Below are positions 22,037 through 32,159 of a DNA stretch of 64,000 bases, one piece after another; positions within the stretch are counted from its first letter, which is position 1; every line of letters begins with the position of its first letter. Position numbers and translations under genes: made by a program. The notes under the pieces were generated by a model. That model searched no databases. It saw nothing but the letters and a program-made list of their open reading frames with translations, and was not told the DNA's origin. Where the stretch lies: contig OY781089.1 in the NCBI GenBank assembly GCA_963676565.1, forward strand, positions 1,664,001 to 1,728,000, in the 5' to 3' direction. This stretch comes from Halarcobacter sp. (GTDB taxonomy: Bacteria > Campylobacterota > Campylobacteria > Campylobacterales > Arcobacteraceae).

Positions 22037-22678
22037 TTACGCTAAAGCGTTAAACATATCTTCTGTTACTTCTGAAACCTCTTTTGTTCCATCAAGTTCC
22101 ATAAATACACCCATTTTAGTATAGAAATCAATTAGTGGCGCAGTTTGTGCATGGTAAGCTTCTAATCTGCTTTTTACAGTTTCTGCATTATCATCTTTTC
22201 TAATAATTAATTCACCACCACAGTAGTCACATACATTTTCTTCTTTTGAAGGATTAAACTCTACATGAAATGATGCTCCACATTTAGAACACACTCTTCT
22301 TCCTGTGATTCTTCCAACAATTAATTCATCTGGAACATTTAGTGAAATCACTTTATCTAAACTAATTTTCATTGTTGCCATTAACTCATTTAAAGCTTCA
22401 GCTTGAGCTAAAGTTCTTGGGAACCCATCTAATATAAAACCTTCTTTACAGTCATCCTCAGCAAGTCTATCTTTAATAATACCAATAATTGTTGAATCAG
22501 GAACTAATTGCCCAGCATCCATAAATTTTTTAGCTTCCATACCCATATCTGTTTTATCAGCAATTGCTGCTCTTAAGATATCTCCAGTTGAGATTTGTGG
22601 AATATTATATTTTTCTATTAAAAATTTTGCTTGAGTTCCCTTTCCAGCTCCAGGTGCTCCAAATAGCATTAAGTTCAT
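22037..22678 (-). CDS. adk: Adenylate kinase, long type with zinc-binding LID
   Basis: GAPGAGKGTQ, ISTGDILR, LDGFPRT, CSKC..CDYC LID; ATG 22678 after AAGGA. Confidence 0.95.
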   Translation of the reverse strand: MNLMLFGAPGAGKGTQAKFLIEKYNIPQISTGDILRAAIADKTDMGMEAKKFMDAGQLVPDSTIIGIIKDRLAEDDCKEGFILDGFPRTLAQAEALNELMATMKISLDKVISLNVPDELIVGRITGRRVCSKCGASFHVEFNPSKEENVCDYCGGELIIRKDDNAETVKSRLEAYHAQTAPLIDFYTKMGVFMELDGTKEVSEVTEDMFNALA

Positions 22679-22799
22679 GTTTCTTTTCCTTAGTTTTTCT
22701 TTTTTGATTTGAGTATTGTATTCAAAAACCATTTAATATCAAATAAACAATTCATAAGAGTTTTGATATAATTGCCACTTCAAAAATTAAAGGTCTTAA

Positions 22800-23369
22800 A
22801 TGAAAAAATTATTTTTAATTATTGGTGCACCTGGAAGTGGAAAAACTACAGATGCCGAATTAATAGCTGAAAATCACAAAAATATTACACATTATTCAAC
22901 TGGTGATATGTTTAGATCAGAAGTTGCAAGCGGAAGCCAAAGGGGAGCTTTAATTGATACATATATTAGTAAAGGTCTTATTGTTCCAATTGATATTGCC
23001 ATAGAAACTATCATAACTGCAATAAAAAATGCTCCTACTGATGTGATAATAATAGATGGATATCCAAGAAGTTTTGAACAAATGAATGAACTAGATAAAT
23101 ATTTAATGGATGAAACTGAAGTGGAATTAATTAATGTTATTGAAGTAGTTGTTTCACCTGAAGTAGCAAGAGACAGAGTTTTAGGTCGAGCAAGAGGTGC
23201 AGATGATAATGTGGAAGTTTTTAATAATAGAATGAACGTTTATATTGAACCTTTAAAAACAATTCAAGAGTTTTATGAATCTAAAAACCTATTAGTAAAA
23301 ATAAATGGTGAGAGAACAATCAAAGAGATTGTTGATGAGATGGAAATTTTTATAAAATCAAAAATATAA
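22800..23369 (+). CDS. adk: Adenylate kinase, short type (short LID)
   Basis: GAPGSGKTT, STGDMFR, IDGYPRS, RARGADD. Confidence 0.9.
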   Translation: MKKLFLIIGAPGSGKTTDAELIAENHKNITHYSTGDMFRSEVASGSQRGALIDTYISKGLIVPIDIAIETIITAIKNAPTDVIIIDGYPRSFEQMNELDKYLMDETEVELINVIEVVVSPEVARDRVLGRARGADDNVEVFNNRMNVYIEPLKTIQEFYESKNLLVKINGERTIKEIVDEMEIFIKSKI

Positions 23370-24133
23370 TGAAAAATCAACCTAACTTTTATAGTGTAAT
23401 TATAGGAACTGAACTATTAAATGGGCGAAGAAAAGATGCCCATTTTTCTTTTTTAAATGAACAATTATTAAAACGAAATTGGAATCATAAAGCTTCATTT
23501 GTAATTGAAGATGATGTGGAACTTATGGAAAAAATATTCCAACTTATAAAATCAGATGAAAACTCTGTAATGTTTTGTTTTGGAGGAATTGGAGCAACTC
23601 CAGATGACTACACTAGACCAATGGCTGCAAAAGTTTTTACTGATGGAAAAATGCAATATCACGAAAAAGCAAAAGAACTAATAATCAATCAATTTGGTGA
23701 TGAGGCTTATCCTTTTAGAATAGAGATGGGGCACTTGCCAGTAAATGCAGGATTACTTAAAAATGTTGTAAATAATGTTGCAGGGTTTTATTTGGAAGAG
23801 AGATATTTTTTTACTCCAGGGTTTCCTTCAATGAGCCAATCCATGGTGATTGAAGCCTTAGACAAATTTTATCCTAAAAATGAGATTGAAAAATATAGAA
23901 AGACTTTAACTGCATTTTGTGGAGAAAATGATTTAATCCCTGTAATGAAAGAGATGCCAAAACAAATTGAACTATCTTCACTACCAAAAATAATCGATGA
24001 CAAAAGACGAGTTGTATTATCTTTGGCTTCATATGATCAAAATATTTTAGATGAAAACTTTGAAAAATATATAAAATACTGCAAAAAAAATAAAATAGAA
24101 TTTATATTAAAAGATATTAGTATTACAAATTAA
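23369..24133 (+). CDS. CinA-like / molybdopterin-binding domain protein
   Basis: IIGTELLNGRRKD, GGIGATPDDYT, PGFP; TAATG-coupled to the short adk. Confidence 0.85.
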   Translation: MKNQPNFYSVIIGTELLNGRRKDAHFSFLNEQLLKRNWNHKASFVIEDDVELMEKIFQLIKSDENSVMFCFGGIGATPDDYTRPMAAKVFTDGKMQYHEKAKELIINQFGDEAYPFRIEMGHLPVNAGLLKNVVNNVAGFYLEERYFFTPGFPSMSQSMVIEALDKFYPKNEIEKYRKTLTAFCGENDLIPVMKEMPKQIELSSLPKIIDDKRRVVLSLASYDQNILDENFEKYIKYCKKNKIEFILKDISITN

Positions 24134-24263
24134 TCTTAGTTTTCTACTAAGAGCTCCCTTTTTTAGGTACTTTATTTCCTTGCAATTTAAGTTAAGTTTA
24201 TTTTTAGAAATAAACTTTTTTTTTCAATTATAATTACGCTCTTATTTTATATTAGGAACAAGA

Positions 24264-24974
24264 TTGGAATTAGAGCAAATTAGTAATTTTGTCTTTTGTG
24301 ATAAAAGACTTAATCAATTTGAGTTAGAGTTTGGATTACTTCCTAATCCATATTATGATTATCCATTTTTAATAATCAAAGATTTTTTAGCACAATCTTT
24401 ATGTGATGATATTATTAAAAGTATCAAAAAAGAGGATGATTATATTGATGCAAAGATTAAAAAAGAAAACTATCTAAATAAAACAGACAAAAGTATTAGA
24501 AAGACAAAAATCTATAAATTATCAAATGAATATAAAAATATTTATAGAAAAAGATTTTTGGAGTGTCAAAAACTAATTGAAGATTTTTTCTCAATGGCTT
24601 TAACCACTAGTACAAAAGTTCAAGTTTTAGAGTACCAGAAAGGCTCTTTTTATAAAGCACATAGTGATGATTCAAATATGATTTTAAAAGATGATGAATT
24701 AATAGGTTTTAAAAATGTTGCAATAAATAGAAAACTTACTACTGTTTTGTTTGCAAGTTCTTGTGAAGATAATGAAGATTTTAATACATTTAGTGGTGGA
24801 GAATTAGTTTTTAACTTTTTATATGATGAACAAGGAAATAATATCAAGTATATCCCAAAAGCTGGTGAGATGATAGTTTTTTTAAGTAATCCATATTTCA
24901 CCCATGAAGTTTTAGAAGTAAAAAGTGGCTATAGATTAAGTTTAGTTCAATGGCATGATGCTTTGATAAACTAA
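24264..24974 (+). CDS. 2OG-Fe(II) oxygenase, prolyl-hydroxylase-like (TTG start)
   Basis: YKAHSD (HxD), RKLT, FSGGEL, HEV..V.SG.R.S.V.W. Confidence 0.88.
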   Translation: MELEQISNFVFCDKRLNQFELEFGLLPNPYYDYPFLIIKDFLAQSLCDDIIKSIKKEDDYIDAKIKKENYLNKTDKSIRKTKIYKLSNEYKNIYRKRFLECQKLIEDFFSMALTTSTKVQVLEYQKGSFYKAHSDDSNMILKDDELIGFKNVAINRKLTTVLFASSCEDNEDFNTFSGGELVFNFLYDEQGNNIKYIPKAGEMIVFLSNPYFTHEVLEVKSGYRLSLVQWHDALIN

Positions 24975-25633
24975 GGTTTATTATAGAAGTTAAACTTCCA
25001 ACCTTTATCTTCTGAATATTTTTCTAAATTATAGTCTTCCCAAACTTTGATACATTTTTTATTTCCAAGTTCTTTACCTTTTTTTGCAAAGGCATGGGCT
25101 CTACCAAAGTTTGGGAAAACACCTTTTCCACTTGCATACATAAATGCTAAATTACATTGTGCATCTATAAGACCTTGTTTTGATGCTCTTTCAAAATATT
25201 TTACAGCCATTTTAAAATCTTTTTCTATTACTACGCCATTAACTAAAAATAATCCTAACATATTTTGAGCAGGCGCGTAGTTTAGTTTTGAAGATTTTAT
25301 AAAAGAGTTATATGCATCAACTAGATTGTAGTAGGGTGTTTTTTTATTTAGTTGAAGTTTTCCTATTAAATAAAAAGCTTCTGGGTCATCTAGTTTTGAA
25401 GCTTTTTGCAAAAATTCATATGAAGTTTGAAAGCTTCTTTGTACCTCTTTACCATTTGCATAAATCTTTGCAATTTCAATCATTGCTTTTGTATTGTTTT
25501 TTGAAGCTAAGTTTCTATAGTATGATAAAGCTTCTAATGTTCCATATTCTTTTTCATAATTTTTCACCTCTTCAAAGCTAATTGCATTTAATAGGTTTAC
25601 GAAAACAATTAATAGAACAATTGTTTTTTTCAT
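24971..25633 (-). CDS. Exported Sel1-repeat protein
   Basis: Signal peptide; repeats AQNMLG..GV.KD..A..YF..AS.QG and AQCNLA.MY..G.GV. Confidence 0.9.
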   Translation of the reverse strand: MKKTIVLLIVFVNLLNAISFEEVKNYEKEYGTLEALSYYRNLASKNNTKAMIEIAKIYANGKEVQRSFQTSYEFLQKASKLDDPEAFYLIGKLQLNKKTPYYNLVDAYNSFIKSSKLNYAPAQNMLGLFLVNGVVIEKDFKMAVKYFERASKQGLIDAQCNLAFMYASGKGVFPNFGRAHAFAKKGKELGNKKCIKVWEDYNLEKYSEDKGWKFNFYNKP

Positions 25634-26652
25634 TTTATAACTTTTTTGATACCTGGCATTAGGGTTGTAGTAATTTCATAAGTTATTGTGTCATGGATTT
25701 TTGCTAATTTTGTCACATCATCAAAAATGCAAACCTCTTCATCTGAAGAATTTACAGAAAGATTATCCATAGATACTCTACCTAAAATTTTATACCCCTT
25801 TGGCGTGAGATATTCCTTTTCTCCATTAAGTCTTAAAAATCCATCTCCATATCCAACATCATAGGTAGAAATTTCCATTTTTTCTTTTGCCATAAATTTT
25901 CCACCATATCCAACTTTTTGATTTTTTTCTATTGTTCTTGTTGAAATTTTATTTGCCCAAAGTGACATTACAGGTTTCAATTTTGGATTGTCAAAGATAG
26001 GATTTGTTTCTAAATATCCATATTGGGCTATTCCTACTCTTGCAAAATCTTCATCGAAATTCTTAAACCTAAATAAAGCCGATGAATTAGCAGAATGAAA
26101 CTTAGGAATTGGTAAAAAAAGTTGTTCACATATTTCACACACTTGTTTTCTTACTTGATTAAAAACTGACCTTTGAAAGAAAAAGTCACATGAAAGTTCA
26201 TCAGCACTTCTATAATGAGTCATAACACCCGTTAAATTTAATTTTTTACTAGAAAGCCCTAAAATAGCCTTTTCTAGAGTTTCGGTGGTTATTCCATTTC
26301 TATGCATTCCCGTGTCAATTTTTAAGTGAACATTCGTATTTTCGGGTAACCTTTCGATTTCTTCAATTGTATTCACTACTATGTGAAAAGTATGTGAATA
26401 AGTTGAATAACTTCTATCAGCAAGAATTAAGATTTGCTCAAAAAAAGTCTCGATTTTTTTAGCTTCTTCAAGAGTTCTCACTACTGCTTTTGTTATTCCA
26501 AACTCTTTTGCTAAGCTAGCAATCTCAAGAAGTCCATGACCATATGCATTATCTTTTAGTACTACAGCAGTTTTTTCTTTTGAGCCTGTTTTCTTTGTAA
26601 TGATTTCTAAATTATGAAAGTAGTTTTCTTTGCTTAAAACAATTTTTGCCAA
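25630..26652 (-). CDS. alr: Alanine racemase (TTG start)
   Basis: [33 protein letters not shown]. Confidence 0.96.
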   Translation of the reverse strand: MAKIVLSKENYFHNLEIITKKTGSKEKTAVVLKDNAYGHGLLEIASLAKEFGITKAVVRTLEEAKKIETFFEQILILADRSYSTYSHTFHIVVNTIEEIERLPENTNVHLKIDTGMHRNGITTETLEKAILGLSSKKLNLTGVMTHYRSADELSCDFFFQRSVFNQVRKQVCEICEQLFLPIPKFHSANSSALFRFKNFDEDFARVGIAQYGYLETNPIFDNPKLKPVMSLWANKISTRTIEKNQKVGYGGKFMAKEKMEISTYDVGYGDGFLRLNGEKEYLTPKGYKILGRVSMDNLSVNSSDEEVCIFDDVTKLAKIHDTITYEITTTLMPGIKKVIK

Positions 26653-26658
26653 AGTGAG

Positions 26659-28488
26659 TTAATCCTTAAGTGTATTAAAAAATTCTTGTAGAAGAATAGC
26701 ATCTTTTTCGTTTAGAACATCTTTTAATTCATCTTTACTTGCATTTCTTATATTTTCAAAAGATCCAAAATATAAAAGAAGTTTTTTAACCTTTGCCTCT
26801 CCAATTCCTTTGATTTGAAGAAGTGAAATTTTGCTATCCTCTTTTCTTTTTTGTTTCTTGTGAAATGATATAGCAAATCTGTGGGCTTCATCCCTAAGTC
26901 TTTGTATAAATTGTAGTCTTTTGTCTGTTGGAAGAAGTTCAAGTTTTTCTATTTCACCATTGTTTTCAAAAAATACAATATCTTTTGCACTACCTTTTGC
27001 TCTATGGGCTTTAAAATCAAGTTTTTCTTTTGCAATTGCACAAATATCAAGATTAACCCCACAAGAATTTCTAATATCAATAGCAAGCTTAAGAAGTGTT
27101 TCTCCACCATCAATAACCCACATATCAGGAGCAGGGTTTTTTTCAAAACTTTCAACTCTTCTCATTAGAGTTTCTCTCATTTGAGCATATTCATCTTTTG
27201 CTTCAAGATTATAGTGTCTAAAATCAGACTTTACAAACTTTTCTTCCCAAGTAACCATCGCCCCAACTGTTGCTTGTCCCATCATATGGGAGTTATCAAA
27301 GCACTCAAATCTATAAGGTGTTTTTTCTAAGTTAAAAAGTTCTTTTATCTCATCATAAACTGATTTTGATGTTGTGCCACTTAGCCTTAAAAGTTCATTT
27401 GCATTGTTAAGTCCAACTTGAACAATCTCTTTTTTCTTTCCTCTTTTTGGGTTAGTTATTGGGATATTTTTTGAAAATTTATTTTGAATAAACTCTTCAA
27501 TCTCCTGTTTTTCTTCTATATCGTGGGCAACTATAATCTCTTTTGGTAAAAGTGGAATCTCATTGTCATAATAGTTTACTATGGCTCTTTCATAGGCTTC
27601 ATTTATATCAATTGTAATATCTTCTTTATTTGGTTTGATATAATCATGGTTTGATGATGCAAGTTTTCCATCTCTAAAAAACATTCTAACTAAGGCTGCT
27701 TTATTGTCTATAATACTTATTGCAAATAGGTCTATATCTTCATTTGTAGCTAAATCCATACCTGTTTGGATTTGAGATTTTTTGATTGTTGTGATTCTAT
27801 CTCGAAGTTTCATCGCTTCTTCAAATCTAAACTCAGAACTATACTCTTCCATCTTTGATGTTAGTTTTGAAATTAGCCTATTTTTATTGTAAATATATCC
27901 TAATGATTCATCAATAAGTTTTGCATAATCCTCTTTTGAAATCTTACCCTCACATGGAGCATGACATTTTTTTATTTGGTAAAAAAGGCAGGCTTCTTTA
28001 CCTTTGATACAAGATTTCTTTTGAACCAATGGCACTATTTCATAAATAGAATCAAGCATATCTCTAGCCCCAGTGGAGTAGGGACCAAAGTATTTTACAT
28101 TTTTATCTTTTAATACTCTTCTTGTAATCTCAAGTCTTGGGAAGTCTTCATTTAGATTTATATAAATATATGGATAGGTTTTATCATCCCTAAGTAATAT
28201 ATTGTATTTTGGTTTTAATTGTTTGATAAGAGAATTTTCTAAAATTAAAGCATCGTGCTCATTTGGTACAACAATCCACTCTAAAGATTCAACCTCACTA
28301 ATCATCTTATAAATTCTAGGGCTTAATTTATCAGATGGTAGAAGTTTTGGGGTAAATTTAAAGTATGACTTTACACGGTTTTTTAAAACCTTTGCTTTTC
28401 CTATATAAAGTAGTTTTCCATTTCTATCGAAGTATTGATATACTCCGGCATCTTTGGGTAGTTGTTTTAGTTTCTCTTCTAAATTCAT
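26659..28488 (-). CDS. uvrC: Excinuclease ABC subunit C
   Basis: GIY-YIG GVYQY..YIGKAK.L.NRV.SYF, ECFDNSH, IDGG, RDEAHRFA, HhH. Confidence 0.98.
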   Translation of the reverse strand: MNLEEKLKQLPKDAGVYQYFDRNGKLLYIGKAKVLKNRVKSYFKFTPKLLPSDKLSPRIYKMISEVESLEWIVVPNEHDALILENSLIKQLKPKYNILLRDDKTYPYIYINLNEDFPRLEITRRVLKDKNVKYFGPYSTGARDMLDSIYEIVPLVQKKSCIKGKEACLFYQIKKCHAPCEGKISKEDYAKLIDESLGYIYNKNRLISKLTSKMEEYSSEFRFEEAMKLRDRITTIKKSQIQTGMDLATNEDIDLFAISIIDNKAALVRMFFRDGKLASSNHDYIKPNKEDITIDINEAYERAIVNYYDNEIPLLPKEIIVAHDIEEKQEIEEFIQNKFSKNIPITNPKRGKKKEIVQVGLNNANELLRLSGTTSKSVYDEIKELFNLEKTPYRFECFDNSHMMGQATVGAMVTWEEKFVKSDFRHYNLEAKDEYAQMRETLMRRVESFEKNPAPDMWVIDGGETLLKLAIDIRNSCGVNLDICAIAKEKLDFKAHRAKGSAKDIVFFENNGEIEKLELLPTDKRLQFIQRLRDEAHRFAISFHKKQKRKEDSKISLLQIKGIGEAKVKKLLLYFGSFENIRNASKDELKDVLNEKDAILLQEFFNTLKD

Positions 28489-28494
28489 TTTTGG

Positions 28495-28503
28495 ATTATA
28501 TCA
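28495..28503 (-). promoter_or_regulatory. Extended -10 box 6 nt upstream of the uvrC ATG (leaderless candidate)
   Basis: Minus strand reads TGATATAAT-CCAAAA-ATG; no SD. Confidence 0.6.
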
Positions 28504-28686
28504 AAAATATCTTAACCTCAAGGCAAATGTTAGAGTTAGTCTTTTAAGAGATGTTTTACTAAAATATATTTATTTATTATTTTAAACAAAGTAGAATATG
28601 AAATTATCTCAAACAAAATCTTAATATTATTTTCAGCTGACCTCTTATATTAAGATAATATTTTGAATTAATAATTGGAAAGAAAA

Positions 28687-29352
28687 ATGAAAAACGAAAC
28701 AAGTGAAAGAGACTATGATAATAACCCTATTGTGATTGAAGATAGAATGCCAGAAATTGGTTTTTGGTTTTTTATGTCTTTTGCAATTATACCATTATGT
28801 GTTGTCTTATTTATTATGCAACAAACAGGAATAAAAATTGACTGGACACATGTACTTATTTCAGCGAGTATTATTTATATACCTGGTTTTTTTTCTTTGG
28901 CAGTAAATATGCCTAAGGATAAGAAAATAAAATTCTATGAAAATAAAATTGTTAGAGAATGGGATGGAAAATTATTAGAACTCAATTTTAATGAAGAATT
29001 AGATTTTCAGATAGGTTATATTGATTTTTATAATAAGAGACAAGAAGCTAATGATTTTGTAAAGCTATTGTTACCAATTTACTACCCCATTGTAGCATTT
29101 ATTCAACACCCTTATTTATTAATCATAAAAACTATATATAAATCAATTAATAAATTTAACAACAAAAAGAAATTTGATACTTTGTATATTTTTAATAAAA
29201 CAGAAATGATTGCAGTATTTATTGAAAGTGATTTAATTGAGAAAGATTTAAAAAAATATTTAAGTCTTAAGTCAATTGATATTACTTCACTTAAAACTTT
29301 TTACACAACATCATATGTATTTGATGGAATGAATAACTTTATAAACAAATGA
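28687..29352 (+). CDS. Hypothetical membrane protein
   Basis: ERDYDNNPIVIED N-terminus, then 2-3 hydrophobic segments; ATG 28687 preferred over TTG 28675. Confidence 0.75.
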   Translation: MKNETSERDYDNNPIVIEDRMPEIGFWFFMSFAIIPLCVVLFIMQQTGIKIDWTHVLISASIIYIPGFFSLAVNMPKDKKIKFYENKIVREWDGKLLELNFNEELDFQIGYIDFYNKRQEANDFVKLLLPIYYPIVAFIQHPYLLIIKTIYKSINKFNNKKKFDTLYIFNKTEMIAVFIESDLIEKDLKKYLSLKSIDITSLKTFYTTSYVFDGMNNFINK

Positions 29353-29419
29353 GAACGATAATGTCTCCTTTCTCTGAATTAAAAAATAAAAGAGACATGC
29401 ATCTTTTCAATTTTTGTTA

Positions 29420-29497
29420 ATGGAAATGTCAAACAAAAAAATAGTGCCCAAGTATTGTGAACAATGTGGTGAGTTAATAAAAGGAGAAAATAAATGA
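29420..29497 (+). pseudogene. Probable 3-prime remnant of a gene ending in a CxxC half zinc ribbon
   Basis: MEMSNKKIVPKYCEQCGELIKGENK*; the stop overlaps the next ATG (ATGA). Confidence 0.4.
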
Positions 29498-30306
29498 AAT
29501 GGCTAATAAATATTTTAATAATAAGTTGCTTTTTACAAGCAAATGAACTTTCAGACACAATAACAAATAATACAAAAGTAGATATGTTGTGTGTAGAAAG
29601 TTATCCAAGTGTATATAAAAAAGAAGGTCAAAAAAATGTGAAAGTTTTTGATAGTGAAAAATATATCAATACTCTAAAACCAAATAAGAGTATAAAGAAA
29701 AAAAGAGAAGGTACCCTTAACTGCTACAATGAGTTTAAAGATATAACTTCATCAAAAGATAATAGAATTTTTCAAACAAATGAAAGAACCATTGAAAGTC
29801 ATTTAATAAGTCATAATAAATACAATCTAACACTATATGAAAATAAAACTCGAGATTTTGTTGAAAAAAACTTTGGCATAGCTCAAAGGTGTGCACCTTA
29901 TAAAGATGGTAAATATTGTAATTATGGATATGGACTAGATATTTTATTTGATACACACAATAAAGTTAAAACATTATATCTCTATGAAAATACAGTTCAT
30001 AGAGGAGAACTTCCTTTTGAACCTGAATCAATTTTAAAGCTTTATTCAAATTCTAAACCCCTTGGTCTTTGGGTAGTTAAAGACTATAAAAAACTATTCT
30101 CAAAAAAACCAACACTTAAAACAAATAGTTTAATTATGTGGGAAAATCTTTCAAAACATATAAAAAGAGTAACTATGATACCTAAGAATGGCTATTACCC
30201 ATTAAGCTATACAGTAAAAGATGGACATAACCTATATAAAAATGGCTATGAAGATTCAGCTAAACCAATGGATTATGTACAGGCAATTCAAGTTGAGTAT
30301 AGGTAA
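29494..30306 (+). CDS. Hypothetical exported protein
   Basis: AAGGAG SD, signal peptide, several Cys; no recognised motif. Confidence 0.75.
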   Translation: MKWLINILIISCFLQANELSDTITNNTKVDMLCVESYPSVYKKEGQKNVKVFDSEKYINTLKPNKSIKKKREGTLNCYNEFKDITSSKDNRIFQTNERTIESHLISHNKYNLTLYENKTRDFVEKNFGIAQRCAPYKDGKYCNYGYGLDILFDTHNKVKTLYLYENTVHRGELPFEPESILKLYSNSKPLGLWVVKDYKKLFSKKPTLKTNSLIMWENLSKHIKRVTMIPKNGYYPLSYTVKDGHNLYKNGYEDSAKPMDYVQAIQVEYR

Positions 30307-30315
30307 GCAAAGAAG

Positions 30316-30858
30316 ATGGGTGTAAAAATCACTGAAAAAGATGGAAAGAAATATATAGGTGAGGAAGAAATCCTTTTTGAATATGAATTAGGTGTAAATA
30401 TGTTTAAAATAACTATGATTATATTTGGACCATTATTATTTTTTATTTATGCAAAAAGTCAAAATTTTGATGTAGGAATTTTTTATTTTATAATTTTACT
30501 TATATTTTTTATATTTCTATGTGTATTTTTGTTAAGAAATATACAAAATATATATAGAAAAAAAGTTTTTATCACACAAAAACATATTATTACTGCTTCT
30601 GGTTCAAAATTTAAAAAAGAGAATATCTATATATATTATTCTCTTTTTTCTGATTCTGCAGGGTTATTAAGTCATACAGAGTTATTTTTTTATAATGGAA
30701 AAAAGTTTGATTTTATTTTTTTTGTAAAAGTAGATGAAAACGATAAAAATTTCAAAACTTTAATGCAGACTTTATATGATATTTCAAAAAATGAGAATAT
30801 TTTAATTGAAAATATGAATTCACAAACAATAAGACAAAAACTAATTAAAGGAGACTAA
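30316..30858 (+). CDS. Hypothetical membrane protein (2 TM + soluble C-terminus)
   Basis: Two hydrophobic segments at about aa 27-72; lies in the same cassette run. Confidence 0.7.
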   Translation: MGVKITEKDGKKYIGEEEILFEYELGVNMFKITMIIFGPLLFFIYAKSQNFDVGIFYFIILLIFFIFLCVFLLRNIQNIYRKKVFITQKHIITASGSKFKKENIYIYYSLFSDSAGLLSHTELFFYNGKKFDFIFFVKVDENDKNFKTLMQTLYDISKNENILIENMNSQTIRQKLIKGD

Positions 30859-30859
30859 G

Positions 30860-30991
30860 ATGGTAACAGATGTAAGTAATTATTTAACAAATATTGATGG
30901 TACATATTTTGATGCAGTATCAAATATATTAAATAAGACTGATAATAAAACTGCTCTAGTTACACCCCAGAGGATGAATCTCCACTTTTGA
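30860..30991 (+). pseudogene. 5-prime stub of a gene interrupted by the inverted-repeat element
   Basis: AAGGAG SD and ATG right after the previous stop; MVTDVSNYLTNIDGTYFDAVSNILNKTDNKTALV reads into the left repeat and stops. Confidence 0.55.
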
Positions 30992-31193
30992 GATTAAAGA
31001 ATATAGAAAATCAATAAATTAAAGTTTCTAGCTGAGAAGTTTTAATTTGTAGATAAAAATAAAGATAAAAAGATGCCCACAAGATTAAGAGTAGATTTTG
31101 AAGGATACCATCATATAATAAATAGAGGAGTAAATAGATGTATCAATATAAAATAAAAGATAAAAAAATGGAGATTCATCTACTGGGGGTGTA
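30961..31193. mobile_element. Miniature inverted-repeat element (REPIN/MITE-like) carrying a RAYT transposase stub
   Basis: Left TACACCCCAGAGGATGAATCTCCA (30961-84) vs reverse complement of right end TACACCCCCAGTAGATGAATCTCCA (31169-93). Confidence 0.7.
31073..31156 (+). pseudogene. N-terminal stub of a REP-associated tyrosine (Y1/HUH) transposase
   Basis: MPTRLRVDFEGYHHIINRGVNRCINIK* matches the MPRxxR..YH(H)IxxRGxxR start of RAYT/IS200-like transposases. Confidence 0.75.
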
Positions 31194-31299
31194 GTTGTCA
31201 TGCAAGAAAACTTTTCTCAAAAAACACTATAGCAATTTAGGGATAGTTTTATCTTTTCAAATACTCTATAATTTCCATAAAAACTTTGAAAGAGAACAT

Positions 31300-32148
31300 A
31301 TGAAAAAAGAATCAGAACAAACTCAATTTCTTCAAAAAAATCACTATCTACAAAGTGTTTATAAAGTCATTTTTTATATTGAGCAAAACTATGGCTATGA
31401 ACTAAGTCTGGAAGAGCTCTCATCTGTTGCGGGTTTTTCAAAGTACCATTTTCATAGGATATTTAAATCTATCACCGGTGAAAATTTAAATGATTATATC
31501 AGAAGAGTGAGGCTTTCAAGTACAACTTTAAAACTTAAAACCAATCAAAAAATCACACAGATTGCTATGCATAGTGGGTACGAAACCAATGCCTCTTTTT
31601 CAAGAGCTTTTAAAAAGCATTTTGGGATGACGCCAACTGAGTTTTCAAAAAATGCAAAAACAAAAAAAGGAAACAATATGTTAGAACCTGAAATTATTGA
31701 GATAAAAGATATTGAACTTTTTTATGTCAGAGCAACTGGAGAATACCGCCAATCCGTAGAGGAATCATGGAATAAGATTATTGAGTATGCTTATAAGAAC
31801 AATCTCTTTGGAAAAATCAAAGCAAGATATGGCATCGCACATGATAATCCAAATGTCATAGAGAGTGAGAAGATTCGCTATGACGCCTGCATTGAAACGG
31901 ATGATATAGGGCTTGAACCTGATGGTGATGTAACATCAAAAATCATAACTGGCGGTACGTATGCAAAATTTTTGCATGTCGGCAGTTATGAAGATTTGGA
32001 TAAGGCACATGAGGCACTATCAAATTGGATTATAGACAGTGGTATTGAGCTTAGAAATGCGCCTGTTTTTCATAAGTATTTGGACTTAGACCCAAGGGAT
32101 ATGAAACCTGAGAATTTGCAAACTGAGATTTATGTGCCTGTTTATTAA
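31300..32148 (+). CDS. AraC-family regulator with C-terminal GyrI-like effector domain
   Basis: FSKYHFHRIFK, IAMHSGYET.ASFSRAFKK.FG.TP, HDNP..RYDACI, GGTYA.F.H.GSY; ATG 31300. Confidence 0.92.
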   Translation: MKKESEQTQFLQKNHYLQSVYKVIFYIEQNYGYELSLEELSSVAGFSKYHFHRIFKSITGENLNDYIRRVRLSSTTLKLKTNQKITQIAMHSGYETNASFSRAFKKHFGMTPTEFSKNAKTKKGNNMLEPEIIEIKDIELFYVRATGEYRQSVEESWNKIIEYAYKNNLFGKIKARYGIAHDNPNVIESEKIRYDACIETDDIGLEPDGDVTSKIITGGTYAKFLHVGSYEDLDKAHEALSNWIIDSGIELRNAPVFHKYLDLDPRDMKPENLQTEIYVPVY

Positions 32149-32159
32149 GTGAGCAGATA

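Noticed and set aside
26748..27184. Nested ORFs within uvrC
   Set aside because: Alternate-frame or antisense shadows; uvrC is intact, so no frameshift is needed
30961..31193. Intact IS element
   Set aside because: Only 233 bp with a 27-aa stub; the terminal TA cannot be told apart from part of the inverted repeat
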